DNA of 39,060 nt from a virus (lineage: Duplodnaviria; Caudoviricetes). The DNA lies in the IMG/VR virus record IMGVR_UViG_3300032212_000064, positions 1-39,060 of that record; one strand, 5' to 3'. The translations under genes were made by a program, and so were the position numbers. The notes under the pieces were generated by a model that had not been told where the DNA came from, did no database searches, and saw nothing but the letters and a program-made list of their open reading frames with translations. Shown here in pieces: positions 16,687 to 24,264 of the stretch. The first letter of the stretch is position 1; each line of letters starts with the position of its first letter.

Positions 16687-17228
16687 CCTGTCGCCTCCAG
16701 TTGCCGCTCAAGCGGCGTGCGCTCGCTTTCCATGGTGCCGCGCATCTTCGCGATAGCCTTCTCTGCAATCTGCCGGATGCGCTCGCGTGAGAGCCCTTCG
16801 AGGATGCCGATCTCGGCGTTGTTGAGCGGCCCGAACCGCTCGCGGATGAACGCGCGCGCCATGCGCCCCGCGATGCTGTCCTCCGTCCAGATGTCCGGGT
16901 CGGCCTCGTACAACGCGTGCAGCTCGCGCCGCCGCTGCTGCACGGTCGGCAGGTCGTGGTACTCGCTCGCCCAGCCGCTACGGCTCGCGCTGCCGCACGG
17001 CTTGCAGGCCTTGCCAACCCGGTCGGGCGACTGCGCCCAAGCCATGCCGACGCGGCCGCAGCGGCACTGCATCTTGAACCGGTAGGCGCGCTTCGGCGTG
17101 CCGGCGCCGTTCTCAACCACCTTGCACTCGGTGACGTCCAGCACGGTGCGATGCCCGCGCCGCCGGCCGGTCCATCGGTGCTGCGCATCGGCGAGCGCTT
17201 CCGCGTCGGTTCGGCGCCGGCCCGCCAT
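16683..17228 (-). CDS. Protein with Cys-pair N-domain and sigma70 region 4-like HTH (181 aa)
   Basis: LNNAEIGILEGLSRERIRQIAEKAIAKMR resembles region 4.2; CRCG...CKPC. Confidence 0.7.
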   Translation of the reverse strand: MAGRRRTDAEALADAQHRWTGRRRGHRTVLDVTECKVVENGAGTPKRAYRFKMQCRCGRVGMAWAQSPDRVGKACKPCGSASRSGWASEYHDLPTVQQRRRELHALYEADPDIWTEDSIAGRMARAFIRERFGPLNNAEIGILEGLSRERIRQIAEKAIAKMRGTMESERTPLERQLEATG

Positions 17229-17671
17229 CAGTGCGCCCGCTCGTCGACTGGGCCAAACGGGATGTCGTCGTCGCCGAAGTCATCGCCGCCAGCTGGCGAG
17301 CTCGCAGGCTTGCCGCCGTATCCGCCGCCGCCGCTCGAGCGCTGGCCACCGCCGCCGAGCAGCACGAGCTCGCGGGCAATCAGATCGAGCGACGCGCGGG
17401 CTTCGCCGTCCTTCTGGTACGCGCGCGCCTGGACCGGACCGCTGACGTAGACCTTCGTGCCCTTGGACAGGCCAAGCCGCGAGAGTGCTTCGGCGCGCTT
17501 CCCAAAGATGGCCACACCGAACCACGTCGTCTGCTCGTCCCATGAGTCACCGCGTTTAACGCGCTCGCTGACTGCCACGCGCAGCTTGAGCACCGGTCCC
17601 GCCGCCGTGTCTCTCAGTTCGGCATCGCTGCCAAGGTTTCCGATGATGCTGCACTGATTCAGTCCGCTCAT
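17228..17671 (-). CDS. ssb: Single-stranded DNA-binding protein
   Basis: MSGLNQCSIIGNLGSDAELR...TTWF...KGTKVYVSG; Gly-rich linker; DDDIPF near C-terminus. Confidence 0.95.
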   Translation of the reverse strand: MSGLNQCSIIGNLGSDAELRDTAAGPVLKLRVAVSERVKRGDSWDEQTTWFGVAIFGKRAEALSRLGLSKGTKVYVSGPVQARAYQKDGEARASLDLIARELVLLGGGGQRSSGGGGYGGKPASSPAGGDDFGDDDIPFGPVDERAH

Positions 17672-18600
17672 TCTGCCGCCTCCAATCCGATCCAGTTCTT
17701 CACGTCGGCGTGCGTCACGCCGATCTTGTCCGCGTGCTCGAGCACCCGATCCACGCGCCCGCGCTGAATGACCGCGCCATCCCAGCCGCTCGCCAGCCAC
17801 GCGCGCAGGTCCTCAGCCGTCTGGAGCTCGCCCATCGTGCGCGTGTCGGTGCCGCGCATGCGCGGCGTGCTCGTCGCCGCTGGCGGCTGCTCGGCCATGC
17901 ACGCCGCCTCTGCGTCGACGATGTCCTCCACGGGCGCCGGCTCGCCGCTGGCCTGCGGCTCGGGCTCTGCGACGACAGCGGGCGCCGAGCGCGTGGGCGG
18001 CGCGTCGTTGCTGGCCTGCTCCATTTCCTCGCGGGTGTAGACGCCGCTCAGGTCGTGCGGGAACGCGGCGCGCAGCGCGAGCGCTTCGGCGCACTTGCCG
18101 ATCATCACGTCGGGCATCTGCGCCCACATCCGGTTCAGGTCGCCGCCCTTCTTCGTCTGCGCGTAGCTCGCGAACCGCGCCACGCGATAGAGCGGCTCAA
18201 CGAACCCGTGTCGGTAGACACCGACACGCGCCGCTGCCGGCGGGTTGCGGTCAAGCCAGACGTCGCGCCACACGCCATCCGGGCCGCACCACTGAATCGG
18301 CGTCTGACCGGCGTATGCCTTCGTGCGTTCGGCCACGAGGCGCAGGCCGTCAATGCTGACCTGCGTTGACATGACCTCGCGGCGCTGCCGGCCGTCCCAT
18401 CGCTTCACCGCGAAGATCTGCCGCGCGAACGGGTCAAGCCGCAGCCTGCGGCACGTCGCCAGAAACAACGAAAACTCGTCGTCTGTGACGCCTACCGCGA
18501 GCGTGCGTTTGAGCAGCTCGATCTGCTCGCGCGTCATCTCGCCGCCGGGCTCGCCCGTCGTGATTGCCGCGCCGTTCGCGGTCGTGATTGCTGTGCTCAC
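17668..18600 (-). CDS. bet: Single-strand annealing protein, Bet/RecT family
   Basis: TDDEFSLFLATCRRLRLDPFARQIFAVKR, SIDGLRLVAERT, MWAQMPDVMIGKCAEALALRAAFP. Confidence 0.9.
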   Translation of the reverse strand: MSTAITTANGAAITTGEPGGEMTREQIELLKRTLAVGVTDDEFSLFLATCRRLRLDPFARQIFAVKRWDGRQRREVMSTQVSIDGLRLVAERTKAYAGQTPIQWCGPDGVWRDVWLDRNPPAAARVGVYRHGFVEPLYRVARFASYAQTKKGGDLNRMWAQMPDVMIGKCAEALALRAAFPHDLSGVYTREEMEQASNDAPPTRSAPAVVAEPEPQASGEPAPVEDIVDAEAACMAEQPPAATSTPRMRGTDTRTMGELQTAEDLRAWLASGWDGAVIQRGRVDRVLEHADKIGVTHADVKNWIGLEAAE

Positions 18601-19445
18601 TGTGTCGCCTCCCATGCGGACCGCGCCTCTTCGACGCGTGCCCATCCCTCAGTTGCCGCGGCTCGAAGCTCGCGGATCAGTTCGTCGTCGCGCTCGACGG
18701 CGCGCGAAACAATCGGCCCGATGGCCTCCCCGGCATGATCGCGGTATGTCGCTGACCAGCCCTCACCCTCGAGCACGCCGCCGGCGCCGGCGTTGCACGC
18801 GGCGATCTGCGCGTTGACCTGGATCCGGTGATGCTCACGTAGCGGCGTGACACCTGCCGCTCGCTGCTCGTCGGTCAGCTCGGCGTACGGCTTCAGGCTG
18901 CATTTCGCGTCCCAGCACTCGAGCGCGCCGAAGCAATCGCTGATGAGCACATCGGGCGACACGCGCAACCGGAAGCACTGCGGGTCGACGATCGGCAGCA
19001 TCTGCCGCGGCCAGCGGCGCTCAACGTAGTGCGCCGTGCTCGGCTGAAGGTGCAGGCAGTCCGGACCGGCGGTGCCGCGCTTCACCTTGTCCAGCCAGCG
19101 GCGCACGAGCTCGGGTTCACGGCGCTTGCCCACCTCGGGCGGACTGTTCGGCTCGCGGTTCATCTTCAGCGGCGCCACGAGCCCGGCCTTCTCAAGGAAC
19201 ACGCGATGCACGCGCGGGATGCCCTTGCGGCGCGGTCGCGTGTTCTTCTTCTTCTGGTGGCTCGCGAGAATGTCCTCAGAGCGCCAGCCGAGCGCAACGA
19301 GCACCAGCGCGATCTCGCTCGCACCGAAGCCGAACCGGCGGCGCGCAAGCCACGGGTCAGCCGGCGGCGGCACCGGCACTGCCTCGGGCGGCGCGGGATC
19401 CGTCATTGCGGCGAAGTCGGCCGACAGGTCGGGAGCAGCGGTCAT
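18597..19445 (-). CDS. YqaJ/lambda-exonuclease-like protein
   Basis: WLARRRFGFGASEIA, SPD, DAKC, QVNAQ motifs; adjacent to Bet. Confidence 0.8.
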   Translation of the reverse strand: MTAAPDLSADFAAMTDPAPPEAVPVPPPADPWLARRRFGFGASEIALVLVALGWRSEDILASHQKKKNTRPRRKGIPRVHRVFLEKAGLVAPLKMNREPNSPPEVGKRREPELVRRWLDKVKRGTAGPDCLHLQPSTAHYVERRWPRQMLPIVDPQCFRLRVSPDVLISDCFGALECWDAKCSLKPYAELTDEQRAAGVTPLREHHRIQVNAQIAACNAGAGGVLEGEGWSATYRDHAGEAIGPIVSRAVERDDELIRELRAAATEGWARVEEARSAWEATQ

Positions 19446-19603
19446 GACCGCGCCCAATAGAGCAGCGAGCACAGAGCCATGACCCAGCCGGTTTCCATGC
19501 GCATCCGATCCTCAACCGCGTGCAGAAACATGCCTTCGCTGACGTCCCACACTGTCTCGCGGTCGTAGTACCGAGCCATCGACGACCAGTTGCGACCGTT
19601 CAC
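19442..19603 (-). CDS. Hypothetical protein (53 aa, absent from ORF track)
   Basis: MNGRNWSSMARYYDRETVW...LLYWARS; four-base overlaps at both ends. Confidence 0.55.
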   Translation of the reverse strand: MNGRNWSSMARYYDRETVWDVSEGMFLHAVEDRMRMETGWVMALCSLLYWARS

Positions 19604-19842
19604 GCCGCGCCCTGCCGCATGCGGTCAGCCGCGGTCGCGCCGGGCTTGCACGCCAGGCACAGCCAGCGCTCGCCGTACGCCTCGGGCCAGAGCCCGCCGC
19701 AGTCGCCGCAGTGCTCACGCGAGCCCGGGCAGCCTGCCGCGCAGTCCTCGTCAGCTGCCCAGTCCGCGCCGCAGCCCTGACAGCATGCGTGCGTGTCGTC
19801 GGCGCCGAGGCCGAGCCGGTCGGCGTGCTCGTCGCTGGTCAC
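19600..19842 (-). CDS. Cys-rich putative zinc-binding protein (80 aa)
   Basis: CQGC, CGDC, CLAC; coupled. Confidence 0.6.
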   Translation of the reverse strand: MTSDEHADRLGLGADDTHACCQGCGADWAADEDCAAGCPGSREHCGDCGGLWPEAYGERWLCLACKPGATAADRMRQGAA

Positions 19843-20195
19843 TGCTGCACCCATCCGCCGCCGCCGCAGTCCTCGCAGTCGATCACCACCACCCGCGCCA
19901 AGTCGAGCGGGTCGACGACGGCAGTCTGCCCCGTCTCGTTGCAGTGCTTGCACCCGGCGCCGGCCTGGATGGCCTCGAGCGCATCGAGCTCGGCGCCGTC
20001 GATCTCCCAGTCCGGCCCGACGACGTGGCCGCGGCTGTCGACGGGGCGCACGACGGTCTCGCCGTGTTCCTCCTCGCGGCCGACGTAGTACGTCGCGCCG
20101 GTGCCGCCGCTCTCGCTGCGCACCTCGACCTCCATCGCGCCGGCGAGCATGCCGGGCACGTCGCAGAGCGAGATGCGAATCCACGAGCCGCTCAC
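19839..20195 (-). CDS. Hypothetical protein with C-terminal DnaJ-like CxxCxxxG zinc finger (118 aa)
   Basis: CKHCNETG...CEDCGGGG; coupled. Confidence 0.6.
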   Translation of the reverse strand: MSGSWIRISLCDVPGMLAGAMEVEVRSESGGTGATYYVGREEEHGETVVRPVDSRGHVVGPDWEIDGAELDALEAIQAGAGCKHCNETGQTAVVDPLDLARVVVIDCEDCGGGGWVQQ

Positions 20196-20392
20196 GACAG
20201 CAGCTCCGCGGTCATGTCGTTGGCGACCTCGTGGCGCGCCATGTCGGCCGGCTCGACGTCCGGCCGCAGGCCGAACCCCCACGCTCGCGCGCGGTAGACG
20301 TGCGGGTAGCAGGCGAGCACCCACGCGAGCGCGACCGTCAGGCGGTCGATGCGCTCCTGCATGCCGGGCGGGCTGATGGCGTCCGCGATCAC
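20192..20392 (-). CDS. Hypothetical protein (66 aa)
   Basis: GTGA overlaps at both ends. Confidence 0.55.
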   Translation of the reverse strand: MIADAISPPGMQERIDRLTVALAWVLACYPHVYRARAWGFGLRPDVEPADMARHEVANDMTAELLS

Positions 20393-20703
20393 GAGGCCAC
20401 CTGCATGCGCTCGACTGCGGCGAACAGTCGGAGCTGCGCGCGGCTGCGCTCGCGGGCGGCGGCGTACTCCTCGCGGAGCGCGGCCAGGCAGGACTGCGGG
20501 TCGGCACCGTACGCCTCGACCTGGCAGAAGCGGTCGCGGTAGCGGGCGAAGCACCGCTTCTCGGCCGGGTGCCACTCGCGCTCAAGCAGCGTCAGCTCGC
20601 GCTCGCCGTCGCCGCGCTGGTCGCTCGTCCAGATGCCGGGCACGCCGGGCATTGGGCGCAGGTCGGAAAGGGTGGCGGGCAGGCTGGCGGGTGGCGTGAG
20701 CAT
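20389..20703 (-). CDS. First early-left gene, hypothetical (104 aa)
   Basis: GGAGG SD 8 nt upstream of ATG; directly after predicted PL. Confidence 0.7.
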   Translation of the reverse strand: MLTPPASLPATLSDLRPMPGVPGIWTSDQRGDGERELTLLEREWHPAEKRCFARYRDRFCQVEAYGADPQSCLAALREEYAAARERSRAQLRLFAAVERMQVAS

Positions 20704-20730
20704 CTTCGGTTCCTCCGGGTTGGTGGAGTG

Positions 20731-20759
20731 AACCTAGCTGCACTCGTGTACTAACGCAA
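20731..20759 (-). promoter_or_regulatory. Early leftward promoter PL (sigma70-like)
   Basis: TTGCGT (20759-20754), 17-bp spacer, TAGGTT (20736-20731); overlapped by operators. Confidence 0.7.
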
Positions 20760-20782
20760 GTGTATGTGCATACACGAGTGTT
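20739..20782. promoter_or_regulatory. OL: three putative repressor operators, consensus TACAC-NN-GTGTA
   Basis: TGCACTCGTGTA 20739-50, AACGCAAGTGTA 20753-64, TACACGAGTGTT 20771-82. Confidence 0.75.
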
Positions 20783-20975
20783 AGTCTGCTGACACGCTCC
20801 TGACAGTTTGGTGCGTGGCGAGCTCGCGCAGGATGGCCGACGCCACGAGGTCCGGCGGCCCGCCGCTCTCGTAGCGCAGCACGTCGCCGCTGCGTCGGGC
20901 AAGGCTGGGCACACCCATGGTGGGCAAGATCAGCAGCCCCCTTCGAACAGCAACGCGCAACACGTCCTCAAGCAT
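20781..20975 (-). CDS. Hypothetical protein in immunity region (64 aa)
   Basis: GAGG SD upstream; fills the space between lipoprotein gene and OL. Confidence 0.5.
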   Translation of the reverse strand: MLEDVLRVAVRRGLLILPTMGVPSLARRSGDVLRYESGGPPDLVASAILRELATHQTVRSVSAD

Positions 20976-21076
20976 CTCGCCTCGACCTCCCCAACAGACT
21001 GTAGGGACGCGCGCGAGGGATCAGGACTGACGCCTTTTGCTGATTATTTGTTCAGCACAGACGCGCTTGATTGGGC

Positions 21077-21325
21077 CTATTGCTGGGGGACTTCACGGGG
21101 ACGCAGGCGCACGCAAGGCGGGTTCGCGCCCCGCTGACACATGATGATCCACACCGCGTTCGGACCTCGGTTGCTGGCCCGGTGCTCGGCCCACCAAACC
21201 GTTTCGTTGCCAGCGCTGCCTGTAACCGCTGGCGCTGACAGGTTGGCTTCTCGAAACGACGAGCGACCACATCCGCCAATGAGCAACAGCGAGGCCACGG
21301 AGGCCCAAAACAGAGCGGTTTTCAT
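21077..21325 (-). CDS. Small lipoprotein coupled to repressor, candidate superinfection exclusion (82 aa)
   Basis: MKTALFWASVASLLLIGG-C lipobox-like signal; ATGA overlap with repressor stop. Confidence 0.65.
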   Translation of the reverse strand: MKTALFWASVASLLLIGGCGRSSFREANLSAPAVTGSAGNETVWWAEHRASNRGPNAVWIIMCQRGANPPCVRLRPREVPQQ

Positions 21326-21759
21326 GACCGAAGCGCCGTAGCCTTGGCCGCTCGAGCAGCCTCGTCGCGGCTCAGTCCGTTCCGCCATGCGACCATCGCT
21401 AGGTCGTAGAAGACTGGCGACGGTTCGTAGCCGAGCAGCGGCATCGAGCGCAGGAAGGCGATCGCGTCTGGGGCCGCAGACTGGCCAGAGGGCGAGTCGA
21501 GCCAAGCGGAGAGCACCGCACTTGTGTCTGGCTCCTCGCCGCCAATCAGCCACTCCATGCTGACCCCACACACCGCCGCGATGTCGTAAAGCGTGAACAC
21601 CGAAGGCACGACCGACCCAGCCTCCCAGCGGTAGACGGTCGTCGGGGTAACGCTCACTCGTCGAGCGAACTCGCTGGCGTTGTCGAGGCCGCACGCGAGA
21701 CGTGCCTGGCGAATCCGCGCGCCGATGGCTCGCCGCGCCTCTTTGGTGTCCTCCACCAC
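21322..21759 (-). CDS. CI-like XRE-family repressor (about 145 aa; start uncertain)
   Basis: IGARIRQARLACG...SEFARRVSVTPTTVYRWEAG...P...IAAVCGVSMEWL; divergent from cro; no S24 peptidase domain seen. Confidence 0.85.
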   Translation of the reverse strand: MVEDTKEARRAIGARIRQARLACGLDNASEFARRVSVTPTTVYRWEAGSVVPSVFTLYDIAAVCGVSMEWLIGGEEPDTSAVLSAWLDSPSGQSAAPDAIAFLRSMPLLGYEPSPVFYDLAMVAWRNGLSRDEAARAAKATALRS

Positions 21760-21778
21760 TGAAGCGTCGGTCGGCGCA

Positions 21779-21858
21779 TACACGAATGCAACGGGACACT
21801 CACGTGCGAGGTTGACCAACACGTACACTTGTGTAATCACTCTTGTGTAAGGGGTCAA
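21779..21858. promoter_or_regulatory. OR: operators and probable divergent promoters between cI and cro
   Basis: TACACTTGTGTA 21824-35, CACTCTTGTGTA 21838-49, TACACGAATGCA 21779-90; TTGACC -35-like hexamers on both strands (21812-17 +, 21858-53 -) with imperfect -10 boxes. Confidence 0.7.
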
Positions 21859-21859
21859 G

Positions 21860-22075
21860 ATGCACACAGGCGATAGGATGCAGCGAGCGCGAGTGGCTGC
21901 CGGGTACAGGCGGGTGACCGCTTTTGCTGAGGCACTGGGCACAAGCGAGCCAACGGTCTACCGCATCGAGTCAGGCCAGACGCCGAGCGTGCCGACGCTG
22001 AAGCGCTGGGCCGAACTGTGCGGTGTCTCGACTGACTACCTGCTCGGCGTAAACCAGCCCGAGGCCGCAGAATGA
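21860..22075 (+). CDS. Cro-like XRE HTH protein (71 aa)
   Basis: GDRMQRARVAAG...FAEALGTSEPTVYRIESG.TPS...GVSTDYLLG. Confidence 0.88.
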   Translation: MHTGDRMQRARVAAGYRRVTAFAEALGTSEPTVYRIESGQTPSVPTLKRWAELCGVSTDYLLGVNQPEAAE

Positions 22076-22158
22076 GCGTGCTCGCCGCAATCGGTGGCCT
22101 TGGGGTCATGGGCGCGTTCGTGCTGATGGTGGCCCTGCTGACGGAGCCGCCGCAGTGA
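22072..22158 (+). CDS. 28-aa hydrophobic membrane peptide (absent from ORF track)
   Basis: MSVLAAIGGLGVMGAFVLMVALLTEPPQ; four-base overlaps at both ends. Confidence 0.55.
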   Translation: MSVLAAIGGLGVMGAFVLMVALLTEPPQ

Positions 22159-22343
22159 CCCGCGGTTGCCCCGAGGGCAGCCCGTGGCGGCAGACGACCG
22201 CGACGCCGCGCGAGAAGGACGAGCAGCCGCGTATCAGCATGACGCGTGCGCCATGCTCGGTGTGCAGCTGGCCACACTGGCGACCGGACGGCAGCGCGCG
22301 CTGCGTTGGCTGCGAGCTGCGTGCCGCGGGGTGCCGGCGATGA
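22155..22343 (+). CDS. Small CxxC...CxxC protein (62 aa)
   Basis: CSVC...CVGC; coupled. Confidence 0.5.
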   Translation: MTRGCPEGSPWRQTTATPREKDEQPRISMTRAPCSVCSWPHWRPDGSARCVGCELRAAGCRR

Positions 22344-23002
22344 GCGCCAAGGGGCGACGCGAGGGCGGCAGCGTGCCGTTCGACTACTACCCGACGCCGG
22401 CGTGGTGCGTCGATCGTTTGCTCGATGACTGCGGCGTCGATCTGCTGCGTGAGACGTGCTGTGTGCTCGAGCCGACTGTTGGCGATGGAGCGATCGTGCG
22501 AGCAATGCGGGCGCGCTCGGCTGCATGGGATGTGCTCGACTGGTATGGCTGCGAGCTTCGGCCCAACGCCGGTGCCGCGGATGTCTGCCATCTGTGGGAG
22601 GGTGACTTTCGCGCCATGGAACGGCCGCCCGGCGGATACTGCCTGTCCGTCGGAAACCCGACCTACACGCTCGCAGAGGCCATCGTCCGGCATGCGTTGA
22701 GCATGTCTGAGGCCGGCGCCTTCCTGCTCCGCGTCGGGTTCCTCGGCAGCGCTGAACGCGTGCAGTTCTGGCGCGACCATGCACACCTGCCCTTCGGCCT
22801 TCGGGTGCTGCCGGACCGGCCAAGCTTCGACGGCGAGGGCACCGACTCGGCGACCTACGCGTGGTTCGTCTGGGGCTGCGAAGAGGTGACCGGCGTCAAG
22901 GTGCTGGAGCCGACGCCCGTCGAGGTACGCAACGCCCAGAAGCCGAGCAGCACGCCACACGTTGACCCGCGCCAGCGCGGACTGTTCGAGGCCGCAGAAT
23001 GA
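22340..23002 (+). CDS. DNA amino (probably N6-adenine) methyltransferase (220 aa)
   Basis: DYYPTP, VLEPTVGDGAI (motif I), GDF, GNPTY (motif IV variant), LLRVGFL, YAWFVW. Confidence 0.8.
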   Translation: MSAKGRREGGSVPFDYYPTPAWCVDRLLDDCGVDLLRETCCVLEPTVGDGAIVRAMRARSAAWDVLDWYGCELRPNAGAADVCHLWEGDFRAMERPPGGYCLSVGNPTYTLAEAIVRHALSMSEAGAFLLRVGFLGSAERVQFWRDHAHLPFGLRVLPDRPSFDGEGTDSATYAWFVWGCEEVTGVKVLEPTPVEVRNAQKPSSTPHVDPRQRGLFEAAE

Positions 23003-23196
23003 CCCGCGCCGAGGTACGCGCGCAGGTGCAGGCGCACTACAGGGCCGAGCGGCTTGCGATCATGCTCGAGGGCGGCGACGTCACCGAGACGGAGGCTGGC
23101 TGGATCATCGAGTGCGAAGAAGAGGCGGCCGCATGCCGCGCCTTCGACGAGACGCCGACGTGCACGTGCGGCACGCACGCATGGGGGCAGGCATGA
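22999..23196 (+). CDS. Hypothetical protein (65 aa)
   Basis: ERLAIMLEGG motif; coupled. Confidence 0.6.
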   Translation: MTRAEVRAQVQAHYRAERLAIMLEGGDVTETEAGWIIECEEEAAACRAFDETPTCTCGTHAWGQA

Positions 23197-23369
23197 AGCC
23201 GGGCGACCCCGTGACGTGGACAGCGCCGAGCGTGCGCGAGGACGGGCCGCCGCAGACGCTGCTCGGCCGCGTGGTGTCCGTGGGCCGGCGCAGCGCGCAG
23301 GTCGACGTGGGCGGCGCGGTGATGGTCGTGGCCAAGCGCGTGCTGCGTGCTGTGGAGGTGGAGGCGTGA
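23193..23369 (+). CDS. Small KOW/SH3-like protein (58 aa)
   Basis: MKPGDPVTW...GRVVSVG...VDV; coupled. Confidence 0.55.
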   Translation: MKPGDPVTWTAPSVREDGPPQTLLGRVVSVGRRSAQVDVGGAVMVVAKRVLRAVEVEA

Positions 23370-24262
23370 GCAGCTACACACATCGCGCGCAGCTCATGCA
23401 GCGGTCCGATCTGACACCGCTGGCGCGTCTGCTCGCGCTCCGCATCCTCGACATGCAGGGGCTCAGCAAGGGCGCGTGCCTGCTCACGACGGCCACGCTC
23501 GCGGACGACCTCGGGGTGTCGAAGCGGCAGGTCCTTCGTGCCTCAGCGGCCCTTCGTGACGTCGGCTTGCTAGTCTCTTCGGAGCGCTCTGCGCACCGTC
23601 GCATCGTCGTTTCGGCCATCGCTGCTGGTGACACTGACGTCACCCCTGTGGTGACACTGACGTCACCCCCCGCAGATGGGGATGGTGACACTGACGTCAC
23701 CCCCCTGGTGACATCTACGTCAGGGGGGGGTGACGCTGACGTCACCTCTGTGGTGACGCTGACGTCACCCAGAACTAGAGAAGAGCTAGAGAGAGAACTA
23801 GAGAAGGAACGAGAGAGTCTCTCCGGGGGGTCTGTGACCACCCCGGCCTCGTTCGAACTCTCCGTGGTCGAAATGCCGACCGCTCCGAGGCGCCGCTCGA
23901 GCGAGCCCGGTATGCAAACGAAGACCGGCCCGGCGTGGCACGCCTACGCCACAGCGATGGAGCTTCGGCACGGTGTGCGCCCATCGTGGAACAAGCGCGC
24001 CGCCGGGTGCCTTGCCCAGTTCATCGGCGTGGTTGGGTGTGATGACGCGCCGCACATCGCGGCCTGGTACGTCGACCACAACGACCGTTGGTACGTCCAG
24101 CAGGGCCACGACCTGCGGTACCTGAACCGCGACGCCGCGAAGCTCCGCATGGAGTGGATGCGCGGCCAGAACATCACCCGCGCCGAGGCCAGCGACGCCG
24201 CGAGCGTGGACGAACGACAGGCACGCGTAGCTGCTGCTCGGCGGCTGGCGGGGAAGGGTTGA
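23366..24262 (+). CDS. Replication initiator (lambda O-like organisation, 298 aa)
   Basis: N-terminal wHTH (DLTPLARLL...TLADDLGVSKRQVLR...L), central iteron-encoded linker, C-terminal helical domain. Confidence 0.8.
   Translation: MSSYTHRAQLMQRSDLTPLARLLALRILDMQGLSKGACLLTTATLADDLGVSKRQVLRASAALRDVGLLVSSERSAHRRIVVSAIAAGDTDVTPVVTLTSPPADGDGDTDVTPLVTSTSGGGDADVTSVVTLTSPRTREELERELEKERESLSGGSVTTPASFELSVVEMPTAPRRRSSEPGMQTKTGPAWHAYATAMELRHGVRPSWNKRAAGCLAQFIGVVGCDDAPHIAAWYVDHNDRWYVQQGHDLRYLNRDAAKLRMEWMRGQNITRAEASDAASVDERQARVAAARRLAGKG
23627..23823. repeat. Putative replication origin: six 18-bp iterons plus purine-rich tract
   Basis: GGTGAC(A/G)CTGACGTCACC at 23627, 23650, 23684, 23707 (degenerate), 23729, 23752; AGAACTAGAG-type repeats at 23771-23823. 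Confidence 0.85.
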
Positions 24263-24264
24263 CG

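Noticed and set aside
21760-21942. 206-aa version of the repressor in the ORF track
   Set aside because: The extension runs through the operator region and into cro; the HTH starts just after GTG 21759/21756
23627-23769. CRISPR array
   Set aside because: 18-bp repeats separated by only 4-16 bp, inside a coding frame, with no cas genes; consistent with iterons
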